A stretch of 64,000 nt of DNA from the NCBI GenBank assembly GCA_027067785.1, contig JAMOVL010000065.1:16086-80085 (forward strand). The letters are read 5' to 3'. Of this stretch, positions 1 through 10,272 are shown in pieces. This stretch comes from Desulfurococcales archaeon. Lineage in GTDB: Archaea; Thermoproteota; Thermoprotei_A; Sulfolobales; Desulfurococcaceae. Within the stretch, counting starts at the first letter, position 1. Every line of letters starts with the position of its first letter. A program made the position numbers and the translations under genes. Under the pieces are notes generated by a model. The model was not told where the DNA came from. It did not search any database and saw only the letters and a program-made list of their open reading frames with translations.

Positions 1-1
1 G

Positions 2-1845
<1,844 letters not shown>

Positions 1846-1865
1846 TAATCAAATTACTGTGTATA

Positions 1866-1925
1866 GGGATGAAGAAATACCCCGGGATCGAACCTGAACG
1901 ATGAAGAAGTGGTCCTCTGCTGACC
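1866..1925 (+). ncRNA. C/D box sRNA candidate 1
   Basis: C box AUGAAGA at 1869-1875. D' is either UCGA at 1888-1891 (12-nt spacer) or CUGA at 1894-1897 (18-nt spacer). C' AUGAAGA at 1901-1907, then an exact 12-nt spacer, then D box CUGA at 1920-1923. Terminal GG/CC pairing (1867-68 with 1924-25). Intergenic. Confidence 0.6.
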
Positions 1926-1947
1926 ATTTAGTGAGTGGTAGAATGAT

Positions 1948-2424
1948 ATGCATAGGCCTGTCCACGTCATTATAGGGGCTAATGCCGCCTTGTTTTTCGC
2001 TAGCACAACATATATGATCCCCCTATGCGCTATTATGGGGGCTATAGGAGGCTATATGCCTGATTTCGACTTGAGATTCAAGCATAGGAAGACCTTGCAT
2101 AATATCTTCTCATTAATTATTGGTGCATTAATCCTCTATATTTTACTGAGCTTAGCACCAATAGATCTACTACATATATATATCTGGCAATTAGTTCTTT
2201 CTTTCAGTATAGGTTGGCTACTACACATATTCTGCGATGGGCTCACTAAGAGAGGCGTCTACTTGTTCTGGCCTTTCAGCAATAAGTCTTATGGCCCAAA
2301 ACTATTTAGATCTAATAGTTTTACATCCATAGCCCTCGGCTTTACGATAGCTTTCGTCATCCTGTTATCCTGGCTTGTATATTCGGGCTACATAGAATTA
2401 GTTCTCAATATACTTCGCGGGTAG
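1948..2424 (+). CDS. small polytopic membrane protein, possibly a DUF457/YdjM-like membrane-bound metal-dependent hydrolase
   Basis: 158-aa ORF with 4-5 hydrophobic segments and conserved-looking His/Asp positions (HRPVH, PDFD, HIFCD). The family assignment is tentative. Confidence 0.45.
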   Translation: MHRPVHVIIGANAALFFASTTYMIPLCAIMGAIGGYMPDFDLRFKHRKTLHNIFSLIIGALILYILLSLAPIDLLHIYIWQLVLSFSIGWLLHIFCDGLTKRGVYLFWPFSNKSYGPKLFRSNSFTSIALGFTIAFVILLSWLVYSGYIELVLNILRG

Positions 2425-2466
2425 AAATGGAAATGAATTAGTTTTGAAATAAAATAATTGCTACGA

Positions 2467-4134
2467 TTATCTCTTTTTCACGCTTCTACTTACAGCATAG
2501 TATAGTATTAGCACTAAGATAGCAATGCCTACTACACCAGCTGTCGCATACAATACAGCCGTGTCTACATCGTGTTTTAACTTCTTAACCTGATCTTCTA
2601 AGTCTAATATCTTGCTTGTCAGATTAGCATTTACAGCTTTGTATCTTCCTAGTTCTGCTTTTAGATCCTCAACCGTCTTATTGAGCTGCTGGTTTTCGTC
2701 TTTGAGCTTGATATTATCCGCAGTAAGGTCCGATACTTTGTTCTGTAGTTTCGTTATTTCTCCTAGAAGCTTAGATACCGATACACCATAGTCATTGGCT
2801 AGTGCACCGAATATTCCTGCAACGACTGCCGACGGTATTATACCCTGTACTCCTTCTCCTGAATACGGTGATTTCACTATTAGATAGCCTTTGAGATTAT
2901 TTATGGGGGCTAGGATGTATTTTTCACCATTAATGCTTATGATCTGCGTACCGCTAGGTAGTTGATTAATGTTAATACTACCCGTTATCTTATAGAGTCC
3001 TGGCACCACTTCTGTAGTGCCCTGGATGGTGGTTTCTCCGGGTAATTGGCTAAAGTACGAGTAGATGAATACAGATGTGTCGGCGCCAAGCTTGTTTTTC
3101 GTTGTTTCTAAGACTTTGTTTAATCCATCGACAGCGATCTTTACAAGTTCGTCTGTCTGGTTCTTATCGAGACCCATGGTCTTCGCTATGAGGTAGGCAT
3201 TGTAGATTACAGGGTAGTTTATAGCGATGAACCTCGACTTTGTATAGGAGTACATGAAGCTGGCGAGCGAGCTATAGAATGACGCTATTTCTCCTAGTGC
3301 CCATCTGGTAGCGTTATAACCTATGGTTTTCGCAAAACTTACGGGTAGCCAAGGCGTTATAGGGTTATGGAATTCTCCATAGTTTTTACCCACCCATGTC
3401 CTTGGTTCTCTAGTGCCGAGCGTTATCACTAGTACATTATCGCCCTGAGGAACCAGGTGGAATTTCAGCCAGTAAGCACCTGGCGCTACTTCTAGCGATG
3501 TCTTGGTGATGTTTAGCTTTACTACGGGCGTGGTGTAAGTCTTATTGCTGACAAGGATATCTATGTATCCTTTTATGACTAGGCGGTAGCCACCAGTTAT
3601 CTTGTAGACGCTGATCGTTGTGTCAAGGAGCTTCCACTCGGCCGTGCCATTTACGGGTACTTTGATAATCTGTGGAGGTATGTATTGTTTTGTAATATTG
3701 AAGTATGGGTTCGCACTATAGTTGAAATACTCCGGGTTAATGCCCTGTACTGCTATCAGCATTGATTCTTTACCGAGCCTATTCTGCAGGTGTTTCTGGT
3801 CGAGTAGATAATAAGGATAGACACTGCTCCCATTAGGTAGTTTAACCATAGTATCCTCGGGGATCCCCCTGCCCAGACTCCATGTGCCATTAACTAGTTC
3901 TAGCAAGCCATACAAAGGAGTGTATGGGGGTTTGGGCGTTACAATATATATCGCCGAGCTATTGACGAGCTCCTTAAGCGTTCCTGTAAGGTTTTGCTCA
4001 GGGCTGAAGCACGGTGCATATATAAATACCGACCTGGACGACGATACTACAACATATTGAGCACTAATCATTGGTGTTAGAACTAGGGATATAACTGCTA
4101 ACAATATGGTTATAGCAGCTATTTTCTTCATCAT
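2467..4134 (-). CDS. secreted surface protein with a C-terminal coiled-coil stalk and TM anchor
   Basis: Signal-peptide-like MMKKIAAITILLAVISLVLTPMISAQ (the ORF-track start at 4170 is probably over-extended). Many N-x-S/T sequons. The C-terminus has heptad-like LQNKVSDL...LKAELGRYK...LEDQVKKLK followed by a hydrophobic anchor and KKR. Confidence 0.7.
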   Translation of the reverse strand: MMKKIAAITILLAVISLVLTPMISAQYVVVSSSRSVFIYAPCFSPEQNLTGTLKELVNSSAIYIVTPKPPYTPLYGLLELVNGTWSLGRGIPEDTMVKLPNGSSVYPYYLLDQKHLQNRLGKESMLIAVQGINPEYFNYSANPYFNITKQYIPPQIIKVPVNGTAEWKLLDTTISVYKITGGYRLVIKGYIDILVSNKTYTTPVVKLNITKTSLEVAPGAYWLKFHLVPQGDNVLVITLGTREPRTWVGKNYGEFHNPITPWLPVSFAKTIGYNATRWALGEIASFYSSLASFMYSYTKSRFIAINYPVIYNAYLIAKTMGLDKNQTDELVKIAVDGLNKVLETTKNKLGADTSVFIYSYFSQLPGETTIQGTTEVVPGLYKITGSININQLPSGTQIISINGEKYILAPINNLKGYLIVKSPYSGEGVQGIIPSAVVAGIFGALANDYGVSVSKLLGEITKLQNKVSDLTADNIKLKDENQQLNKTVEDLKAELGRYKAVNANLTSKILDLEDQVKKLKHDVDTAVLYATAGVVGIAILVLILYYAVSRSVKKR

Positions 4135-4277
4135 TGTCCACCCAGCTGTAATATTAATATCCGATGTCAATATAGGCTTGTATATTGGATAGGGAATATA
4201 TGATTACCTATCCCTCTCCAGGATTTGATTCATTACCCTACATTATTGTATATTTTCAATAATCGTTGGTGATTGAT

Positions 4278-5180
4278 ATGAGAATTCTAGTTACGGGGCT
4301 TCTACCGTATGATTCGGGTAAAACTACTATCACGCTAATGTTGGCTGAGGAGCTGAGGAATAGAGGGTTAAGAATCGGTTATTTCAAGCCCGTCGGAGGC
4401 CATAATGGATGGTATCAGTACGAGACAGTAATGCATTCCTTAGAATTAGGAGTTCTCGTCGGTCATGATGCATATATTGTTGCTGATAGACTGGATATGT
4501 TGGACTTGATCGACATGATTTCACCTCTAGACATATTAACCATGCCCCTCGATCCGTTTTCGCCCGGTTTCCGGAGCTCAACCTATATTTCGAGAATGAA
4601 TAATCCTATAGGCTCGGCCGCTATCGCTAGGATCACTAGTGTATGGACGAGTAATGACTTAGATAGGCTTGAGAGATCATCAACATACATATTCTGTAAG
4701 GATACGTATGAGAGGCTGAACAAGTATTTGAGGAAAACAATAGATGATCTCATAGATGTGTTCAGGAGTAAGAAAAACACTGTGGTAGTGGAAGCTAATA
4801 CCGATTATTTGGAGAAAATACTTAGTTCTCCGAAATTATATGAATCCATAGATTCAGCACTGAAGATCGTGTCTAGTATGTATGATCTAGTTTTTGTTGA
4901 AAGCTACAATGACTCCGCTGCTCCGACCCCAGGATCTCTTGATTCGCGTCTCGCAATAGTTGTTGCTCCATCTAAAGTAGCGGTTTATGATGGGGAGAGG
5001 TATAGGAAATCAGTATTGTTGACTACCTATACATCATCCCCTATGTTTTTGACAACATCCAAGATAATAGATATCTTGGGCACCCCCATGGCACTCTATG
5101 ATCTGCCTCCGGGCCCCGGTGAAGAATCAGAGAAGATCATCGGCGAGATAGCAGAATTTATATTAAGAATGGCGGTGTAG
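4278..5180 (+). CDS. P-loop NTPase of unknown function
   Basis: MRILVTGLLPYDSGKTTITL is Walker A-like and resembles BioD/CobQ/MinD-type folds. GGTGAT at 4268-4273 sits 4 nt upstream of the ATG at 4278, so the track start at 4266 (TTG) is probably over-extended. Confidence 0.6.
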   Translation: MRILVTGLLPYDSGKTTITLMLAEELRNRGLRIGYFKPVGGHNGWYQYETVMHSLELGVLVGHDAYIVADRLDMLDLIDMISPLDILTMPLDPFSPGFRSSTYISRMNNPIGSAAIARITSVWTSNDLDRLERSSTYIFCKDTYERLNKYLRKTIDDLIDVFRSKKNTVVVEANTDYLEKILSSPKLYESIDSALKIVSSMYDLVFVESYNDSAAPTPGSLDSRLAIVVAPSKVAVYDGERYRKSVLLTTYTSSPMFLTTSKIIDILGTPMALYDLPPGPGEESEKIIGEIAEFILRMAV

Positions 5181-5205
5181 CCTATGTTTAAGGGGAGCAT
5201 TTTTG

Positions 5206-6156
5206 ATGGAAGAACTAGTCAAAAACGGTTATTCTCGCCGTGAATCGGGCACAGAATACATGTTTCTAATACTTGAAAGATTTAAAGCCGTGGCTCAGAA
5301 AGGCGATCCAGAAGATATTGTTGAGGCATACAAAGGTATAGTCGACGAGCTCAAGGAGAGAAGACCTGTTAATGCAGGTGCATGGAACCTTGTCAGAGAG
5401 ATAGGCAAGTATCTTATCGAGAAAGACTATGATCGTGATTCATTCATAGAGTTCATCGAAGAACTTAGGCGAAAAACTGATGAGGCCTGCTGGGAGGCAG
5501 CTAGAGTAGCTTCTCATAGAGTTATGAAAGATGATGTAATAATTACGCTTAGCCGCGGAGTCTGTCTAAGGAGGTTCTTCAAAATACTCGCCGATAACAG
5601 GAAGAAGGTAAAAGTATATGTCATGGAGTCTAGGCCTGGCATGGAGGGCTTGGATCTCGCTGATTATCTCGATAAGCTTGGTTTCGAGACATACTTGATA
5701 GTAGATTCTGCGGCCCGTTTCTTCGTCAAAAACTGTACCAAAGCATTCATTAGCGCAGAAGCCGTGGCGGTCAATGGAGCAGTTGTTGGAAAAGTTGGAA
5801 GTAGTCTATTAAGCCTCGCATCCAACGAGGCACGTGTCAGGGTATATGTTATAGCGCCTCTCTACAAGTTCAGTCCAGAGACGATATATGGTGAGCTATT
5901 GAAACTCCCTGAAGGCGACTGGACCCTCCTCATGAGCCCTGATGTACGTGCTACTTTGCCGGAAAACTATCGGGCTCGGGCACCAATCTATGATGTGACA
6001 CCGCCGCAATATATTGATGGAATAGCGACTGATGCAGGCTTATTTGCTCCGCAAGCTGTGCCGGTGATACTAAAGCAGATCTATGGTAGTTTTCCACCGA
6101 GAATTCTACGTGTTGATGAGATAATCGAATCGCTCGAAAAGAAATACTTATGGTGA
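5206..6156 (+). CDS. eIF-2B alpha/beta/delta family protein (divergent paralogue)
   Basis: 317-aa ORF. The C-terminal half (VMESRPGMEG..., GAVVGKVGSS, YDVTPPQYIDGIATD) matches the IF-2B / ribose-1,5-bisphosphate isomerase fold. The stop overlaps the SD and start region of the next gene. Confidence 0.75.
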   Translation: MEELVKNGYSRRESGTEYMFLILERFKAVAQKGDPEDIVEAYKGIVDELKERRPVNAGAWNLVREIGKYLIEKDYDRDSFIEFIEELRRKTDEACWEAARVASHRVMKDDVIITLSRGVCLRRFFKILADNRKKVKVYVMESRPGMEGLDLADYLDKLGFETYLIVDSAARFFVKNCTKAFISAEAVAVNGAVVGKVGSSLLSLASNEARVRVYVIAPLYKFSPETIYGELLKLPEGDWTLLMSPDVRATLPENYRARAPIYDVTPPQYIDGIATDAGLFAPQAVPVILKQIYGSFPPRILRVDEIIESLEKKYLW

Positions 6157-6161
6157 TAGAT

Positions 6162-7154
6162 ATGGAGATCCCGCAGGAAGTGATCAAAATAGCTGAAGAC
6201 ATTAAGACCATGCGTATAAGAGGCGCTGGCCGTATAGCGAGAGCAGCTGCTAAAGCATTAAAGATCGCTGCACAGAAATACGAGGGCTCTAACGACCCAA
6301 TGGAGTTTAGGAGATATATGGCACGAGTAGCCGATCTACTCATATCGACGAGGCCTACTGCTGTCAGTCTCCCTAACGCTGTCTACTATGTAATGTATCA
6401 TTTGGAGAAGGCTGAAGGAAGTGTGGAAGAACTGAGAGAAGCAGTGATTAGAGCTGCTGACACCTTCATCGCTGAAAGCCTAGAGGCTGTCAAGAAGATA
6501 GGGCGGATAGGTGCCAAGAGGATCAAGGACGACGCCGTAGTATTGACTCACTGTCATAGTACTGCTGCCGTATCAGTCATAGTCGAAGCATACAGAATGG
6601 GTAAGATCAGACGTGTATATAGTACAGAGACAAGGCCTTTCTTCCAGGGAAGGATAACCTTCAGACACCTAACAAGAGAAGGGGTACCAGTCACACAGAT
6701 ACCGGATAGTGCTGTCCGGTACATAATGCATGAAGTGGATCAGGTAGTAGTAGGAGCGGATACCGTCACAAGCAATGGAGCCGTCGTAAACAAGATTGGT
6801 ACGAGCCAAGTAGCCCTCGCAGCCCACGAGGCACGTGTCAGGGTTTTCGTCGCGGCAGAAACATATAAGTTCAGCCCGGCAACCGTCATAGGCGAACTTG
6901 TACCTATAGAGTTCAGAGATCCTACAGAGATAGTGCCTGCTGAATGGATAGCGAAACACCCCAACGTGAAAGTACTGAATCCTTCTTTTGACGTGACGCC
7001 GCCTGAGTATATAGACGCTATAATTACGGAGCTAGGAGTAATACCTCCGCAATCAGCAATACTGATCCTCCTAGAGAGATTCGGATGGGCATTGGAAAAG
7101 ATTAAACAAGGTGGAATTGGCAGAATTAGATTCGAAGAAACACTTGAGGAGTGA
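6162..7154 (+). CDS. ribose-1,5-bisphosphate isomerase / aIF-2B subunit family protein
   Basis: IKTMRIRGAGRIARAAAKAL, STETRPFFQGR, GADTVTSNGAVVNKIGTS and FDVTPPEYIDAIITE are typical of archaeal e2b2-type proteins. GGTGAT at 6152-6157 precedes the ATG at 6162. Confidence 0.8.
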   Translation: MEIPQEVIKIAEDIKTMRIRGAGRIARAAAKALKIAAQKYEGSNDPMEFRRYMARVADLLISTRPTAVSLPNAVYYVMYHLEKAEGSVEELREAVIRAADTFIAESLEAVKKIGRIGAKRIKDDAVVLTHCHSTAAVSVIVEAYRMGKIRRVYSTETRPFFQGRITFRHLTREGVPVTQIPDSAVRYIMHEVDQVVVGADTVTSNGAVVNKIGTSQVALAAHEARVRVFVAAETYKFSPATVIGELVPIEFRDPTEIVPAEWIAKHPNVKVLNPSFDVTPPEYIDAIITELGVIPPQSAILILLERFGWALEKIKQGGIGRIRFEETLEE

Positions 7155-7175
7155 CCCAGAGTGGACGTTGAAACC

Positions 7176-7439
7176 ATGAGGAGAAAGATTATCGAGTTAG
7201 TCGATGATAGCCGGGAGGATGGGAGAAAAATAGCTTTCTACTCCAACCCAACAGTCCAGGAAATCCTAGACGTATTATACGACAGATGGGAGAAAAACGG
7301 TAGAAAAGGTATACCACTCGATTATGCAACCGAGGAAGAGGTTAAGATCCTATATACAATAGCTGTCAAAGCCACAAACGTTCCCGCTTCGAAGAGCTAT
7401 ATTAGCTTCATTAGGAGCAAATTATTTGGCAAATCCTAA
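7176..7439 (+). CDS. hypothetical small protein
   Basis: 87-92 aa ORF (GTG at 7161 or ATG at 7176) in an operon-like position after the IF-2B pair. No recognisable motif. Confidence 0.45.
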   Translation: MRRKIIELVDDSREDGRKIAFYSNPTVQEILDVLYDRWEKNGRKGIPLDYATEEEVKILYTIAVKATNVPASKSYISFIRSKLFGKS

Positions 7440-7497
7440 ACATGCTTCAAGTAAGAGTAAAAAAGGCGGATAAATAATCCTTTTAACATGCGCGCCG

Positions 7498-7558
7498 CCC
7501 CCCAAGTTCGACGCCCCCGTAGCCGGGGTATTGGATGACTTGGGGGGACTTGTCCCCC
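7498..7558 (+). promoter_or_regulatory. GC-rich structured leader or small RNA upstream of the DUF59 gene
   Basis: CCCCCCAAGU (7498-7507) pairs with ACUUGGGGGG (7538-7547). A mutually exclusive hairpin GGGGGA-CUUG-UCCCCC occupies 7543-7558. A TATA-like ATAAATAA lies at about 7470-7477. GGTGA at 7574-7578 precedes the ATG at 7586. Confidence 0.35.
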
Positions 7559-7585
7559 GCATTATGTTCTCTCGGTGAAACAATC

Positions 7586-7954
7586 ATGGCGACTGATGAG
7601 AAACGAGAAGAGCTTAAGAGGAAAATAATATCAATTCTTGAAACAATAACGGATCCCGAGATCGGGATCGACCTATGGAATCTAGGCTTAATCTACGATA
7701 TAGACATTGTTGATGAGGACAATGTCAAGATAAAAATGGGGTTAACGACTCCTTTCTGCCCTCTCGCAAACATTCTCCCTATGATGGTCGCTGAAGAACT
7801 TAAGAAAAAGCTAGGCGTCAACGCCGAGATCGAGCTGGTATATGATCCGCCTTGGACACCTGAACGGATGACGGAGAAGGGACGGAGAATATTCAAGGAG
7901 AGATTCGGCTACGACATAGTTGAAGAATATAAGAAAGCGTATGGGAAGAAATAA
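7586..7954 (+). CDS. DUF59 / MIP18-SufT-like Fe-S cluster assembly protein
   Basis: [19 protein letters not shown]...TTPFCP is the DUF59 signature. The track start at 7535 lies inside the GC-rich leader. The ATG at 7586 has an upstream GGTGA. Confidence 0.75.
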   Translation: MATDEKREELKRKIISILETITDPEIGIDLWNLGLIYDIDIVDEDNVKIKMGLTTPFCPLANILPMMVAEELKKKLGVNAEIELVYDPPWTPERMTEKGRRIFKERFGYDIVEEYKKAYGKK

Positions 7955-8031
7955 GCTCCATATTCCCGGTTATTGATAGAAAAAGATTTTTCATAAAGAA
8001 CAACATCTTTTGTTTGCAGGTGTGGATACTT

Positions 8032-9414
8032 ATGCCATGGAGTATACTCGAGCTACTCCGTAATAATCCGGACAAGCTAAGGGAGTATGTCAGGAAAAGA
8101 TTCATGGATCCAAGAATAGTTGATGAAGCATATGAAACCGATGTTAGATGGCGCCAGTTATTGACGAAGATACAGGAGCTCAGACATAGGCACAATGTTC
8201 TCAGCCGTGAAATAGCTAAGCTGAAAGGCCCTGAGAGGGAGGAGAAGATACGGGAGGTTAGAGAGCTTAAGGCACAGCTGGAAGAGCTTGAGAAAGAACT
8301 CAAAGAGCTTGAAGAGAAGAGGTTGAAGCTTCTATTTAAACTCCCAAACATTCTCCACGAGACAGTGCCTATAGGTCCAGACGATACATATAATGTCCCA
8401 ATAAGGTTCTGGGGCAAACCTAAGGTCTGGAAAGGATATCTCGAGCAGTTTAAGGAGCAGACAGAGAAGTATGGCTTCAAGGTTGACTATGAGCTCATCG
8501 ATTGGAAGCCTATCGGGCATGCTGATATGCTTGAGAAAGTATTGAAGCTCGGAGATACTTTTAAAGCGGGACAAGTTGCTGGGAGCAGATTCTACTACCT
8601 GTTTAAAGACATGGTGTTCCTCGACATGGCTCTACTGGCTTATGCCGTTGATTATTTGACTAGCAAGGGCTTCGCACTAGTACTGCCACCCTACATGTTA
8701 CGATACAATATAATGATGGGAGTTATCGATATGGATACATTCAAGGACGCAATATATAAGATCGAAGGTGAAGACCTCTACTTAATAGCGACAGCCGAGC
8801 ATCCACTGGCAGCACTCCATGCAGGAGAAGATATTCCTGAAGAAATGCTACCACTGAAATACGCTGGGATCAGCCCGTGTTTTAGGAAAGAAGCCGGTGC
8901 TGGAAACAGGGATCTTAAGGGCATATTCCGTGTCCACCAGTTCCACAAGGTAGAACAGTTCGTCTACGCCAAGCCCGAGGAGAGCTGGGATATTATGGAG
9001 GAACTCATAGCTAATGCTGAAACACTGTTCCAGGGTCTTGGACTACCATACCGTATTGTGAACATTGCTAGCGGGGACCTAGGAGCTCCTGCGGCCAAGA
9101 AATATGATCTCGAGACATGGATGCCTGCTCAGGGAAGATTCAGAGAAATGGTTAGCTGTAGCAACTGTACAGACTGGCAGGCTTTCAGGCTAGGCATAAG
9201 GCTGATCAGGAGGAAAGGAATGATTAAAGAGTACCTGCACACACTAAACTCAACAGCAATTGCCAGCACGAGAACTATAACAGCAATTCTTGAAAACTAC
9301 CAGGAGCCCGACGGCGTAGTAGTAATACCGAAAGTGCTGAGGCCATACCTCGAGGCATTCAAGGCGGCGCCAAAAGACGCTATTCATCCCGTTAAGAAAG
9401 AGAAAACGGAGTAA
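8032..9414 (+). CDS. serS: seryl-tRNA synthetase
   Basis: N-terminal coiled-coil arm ([39 protein letters not shown]). Class II motifs ([57 protein letters not shown]). Confidence 0.95.
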   Translation: MPWSILELLRNNPDKLREYVRKRFMDPRIVDEAYETDVRWRQLLTKIQELRHRHNVLSREIAKLKGPEREEKIREVRELKAQLEELEKELKELEEKRLKLLFKLPNILHETVPIGPDDTYNVPIRFWGKPKVWKGYLEQFKEQTEKYGFKVDYELIDWKPIGHADMLEKVLKLGDTFKAGQVAGSRFYYLFKDMVFLDMALLAYAVDYLTSKGFALVLPPYMLRYNIMMGVIDMDTFKDAIYKIEGEDLYLIATAEHPLAALHAGEDIPEEMLPLKYAGISPCFRKEAGAGNRDLKGIFRVHQFHKVEQFVYAKPEESWDIMEELIANAETLFQGLGLPYRIVNIASGDLGAPAAKKYDLETWMPAQGRFREMVSCSNCTDWQAFRLGIRLIRRKGMIKEYLHTLNSTAIASTRTITAILENYQEPDGVVVIPKVLRPYLEAFKAAPKDAIHPVKKEKTE

Positions 9415-9553
9415 CAATTATGAGATTCGCGGCTATTCCGACATCAGTTTTCTAACACCTTATAAATCTCCTGGCGCGGTATTTCCCGAGTTATACCAGT
9501 TTTCCAGGTTTAAATCCATCCAACTAGTCGATTCTATTGCCGGGGAGTGAAGA

Positions 9554-9928
9554 ATGAGTGAAGAAATAATAGTAGAGCCTGTGAAAGTACAAGTGACTAT
9601 TTATCTAGGTTTCGACGACGAGAGCGATAAAGCTCTTCAGGTTGCCTGGAGCGTTGCTAAGAAGCTTCTCGAGCATAAGAATATCTGGGTCGAGATAATC
9701 CCTGTACATATATGGTTAACAGATCCCATAGGCCTGGAGGTCCCGGATCTGCCTAAGATACTGGTTAATGGAAGAACAGCTTTCATAGGCAGAGCACCGA
9801 GCGAAGAAGAACTCATAGATTATATAATGGATAGGCTCGGGGAGACACCGCCAACCAGGCAGGAAGGAGTTGTTTTTGCTGCTATCTATCATACAGGTTT
9901 CTTCGAAGGAGCCGTTATGGTTGGCTAG
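9554..9928 (+). CDS. hypothetical protein, possibly thioredoxin-like fold without a CxxC
   Basis: 124-aa ORF with upstream GGGGAGTGA. LPKILVNGRTAFIGRAPSEEELIDYI resembles small glutaredoxin/thioredoxin_3 proteins, but no redox cysteines are present. Confidence 0.45.
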   Translation: MSEEIIVEPVKVQVTIYLGFDDESDKALQVAWSVAKKLLEHKNIWVEIIPVHIWLTDPIGLEVPDLPKILVNGRTAFIGRAPSEEELIDYIMDRLGETPPTRQEGVVFAAIYHTGFFEGAVMVG

Positions 9929-9991
9929 ACATTCCTCGTATTTATAATCCAAACATTTATTAAAACGTTTAAATAAAATAATACATGCCGA

Positions 9992-10272
9992 GCGGCCTGC
10001 TACCCACAGTGATTAAGGAATTACATTAAACCACCACCGCCTGCAAAACACTGCTTTTATCACTGCACGGATGAAGCCCTCGATAATTAGGGCGTAAAAA
10101 CCAGCAATATATTATCGCAGTAGTTCTCCAAGACAGCAAAACAAGAATTAATCGCACTATATTACATCGCGTAAATACCTATGGCCGCTCTTCCCCCGGG
10201 TTTTAAGGGGCCGGCCAGCACTGGCCCTACCGGGGGATCAGTGGCGGTGGTGGTTAAGGGGTGGCAGGCCGC
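9992..10272. ncRNA. structured RNA candidate of unknown class, closed by a long-range GC-rich helix
   Basis: GCGGCCUGCUACCC (9992-10005) pairs with GGGUGGCAGGCCGC (10259-10272): 14 bp, one G-U. AACCACCACCGCC (10029-10041) pairs with GGCGGUGGUGGUU (10243-10255): 13 bp. Internal GC hairpins at 10194-10235 and 10075-10094. It lies in a convergent intergenic region. The strand is undetermined. Confidence 0.4.

Noticed and set aside
1878-1900. A GGTTCGATCCCGGGG T-arm-like sequence on the minus strand, which could indicate a tRNA gene or fragment.
   Set aside because: No matching T-stem 5' strand, anticodon arm, D arm or acceptor stem on the minus strand. The sequence sits exactly in the guide position of a plus-strand C/D box sRNA, so I interpret it as an antisense guide.
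7491-7560. The GC-rich segment as a tRNA or another tRNA half.
   Set aside because: GCCCCCGUAGCC resembles an acceptor strand followed by U8-A9. However, no D-stem complement, T-loop or complementary acceptor strand can be found on either strand.
9992-10272. Calling the long-range-paired element RNase P RNA or SRP RNA.
   Set aside because: I could not find the P4/CR-I motif (GAGGAAAGUCC), CR-V, the SRP helix 8 GGAA tetraloop or the AGCA loop motifs on either strand. The AT-rich core is also atypical. I kept it only as an unclassified candidate.
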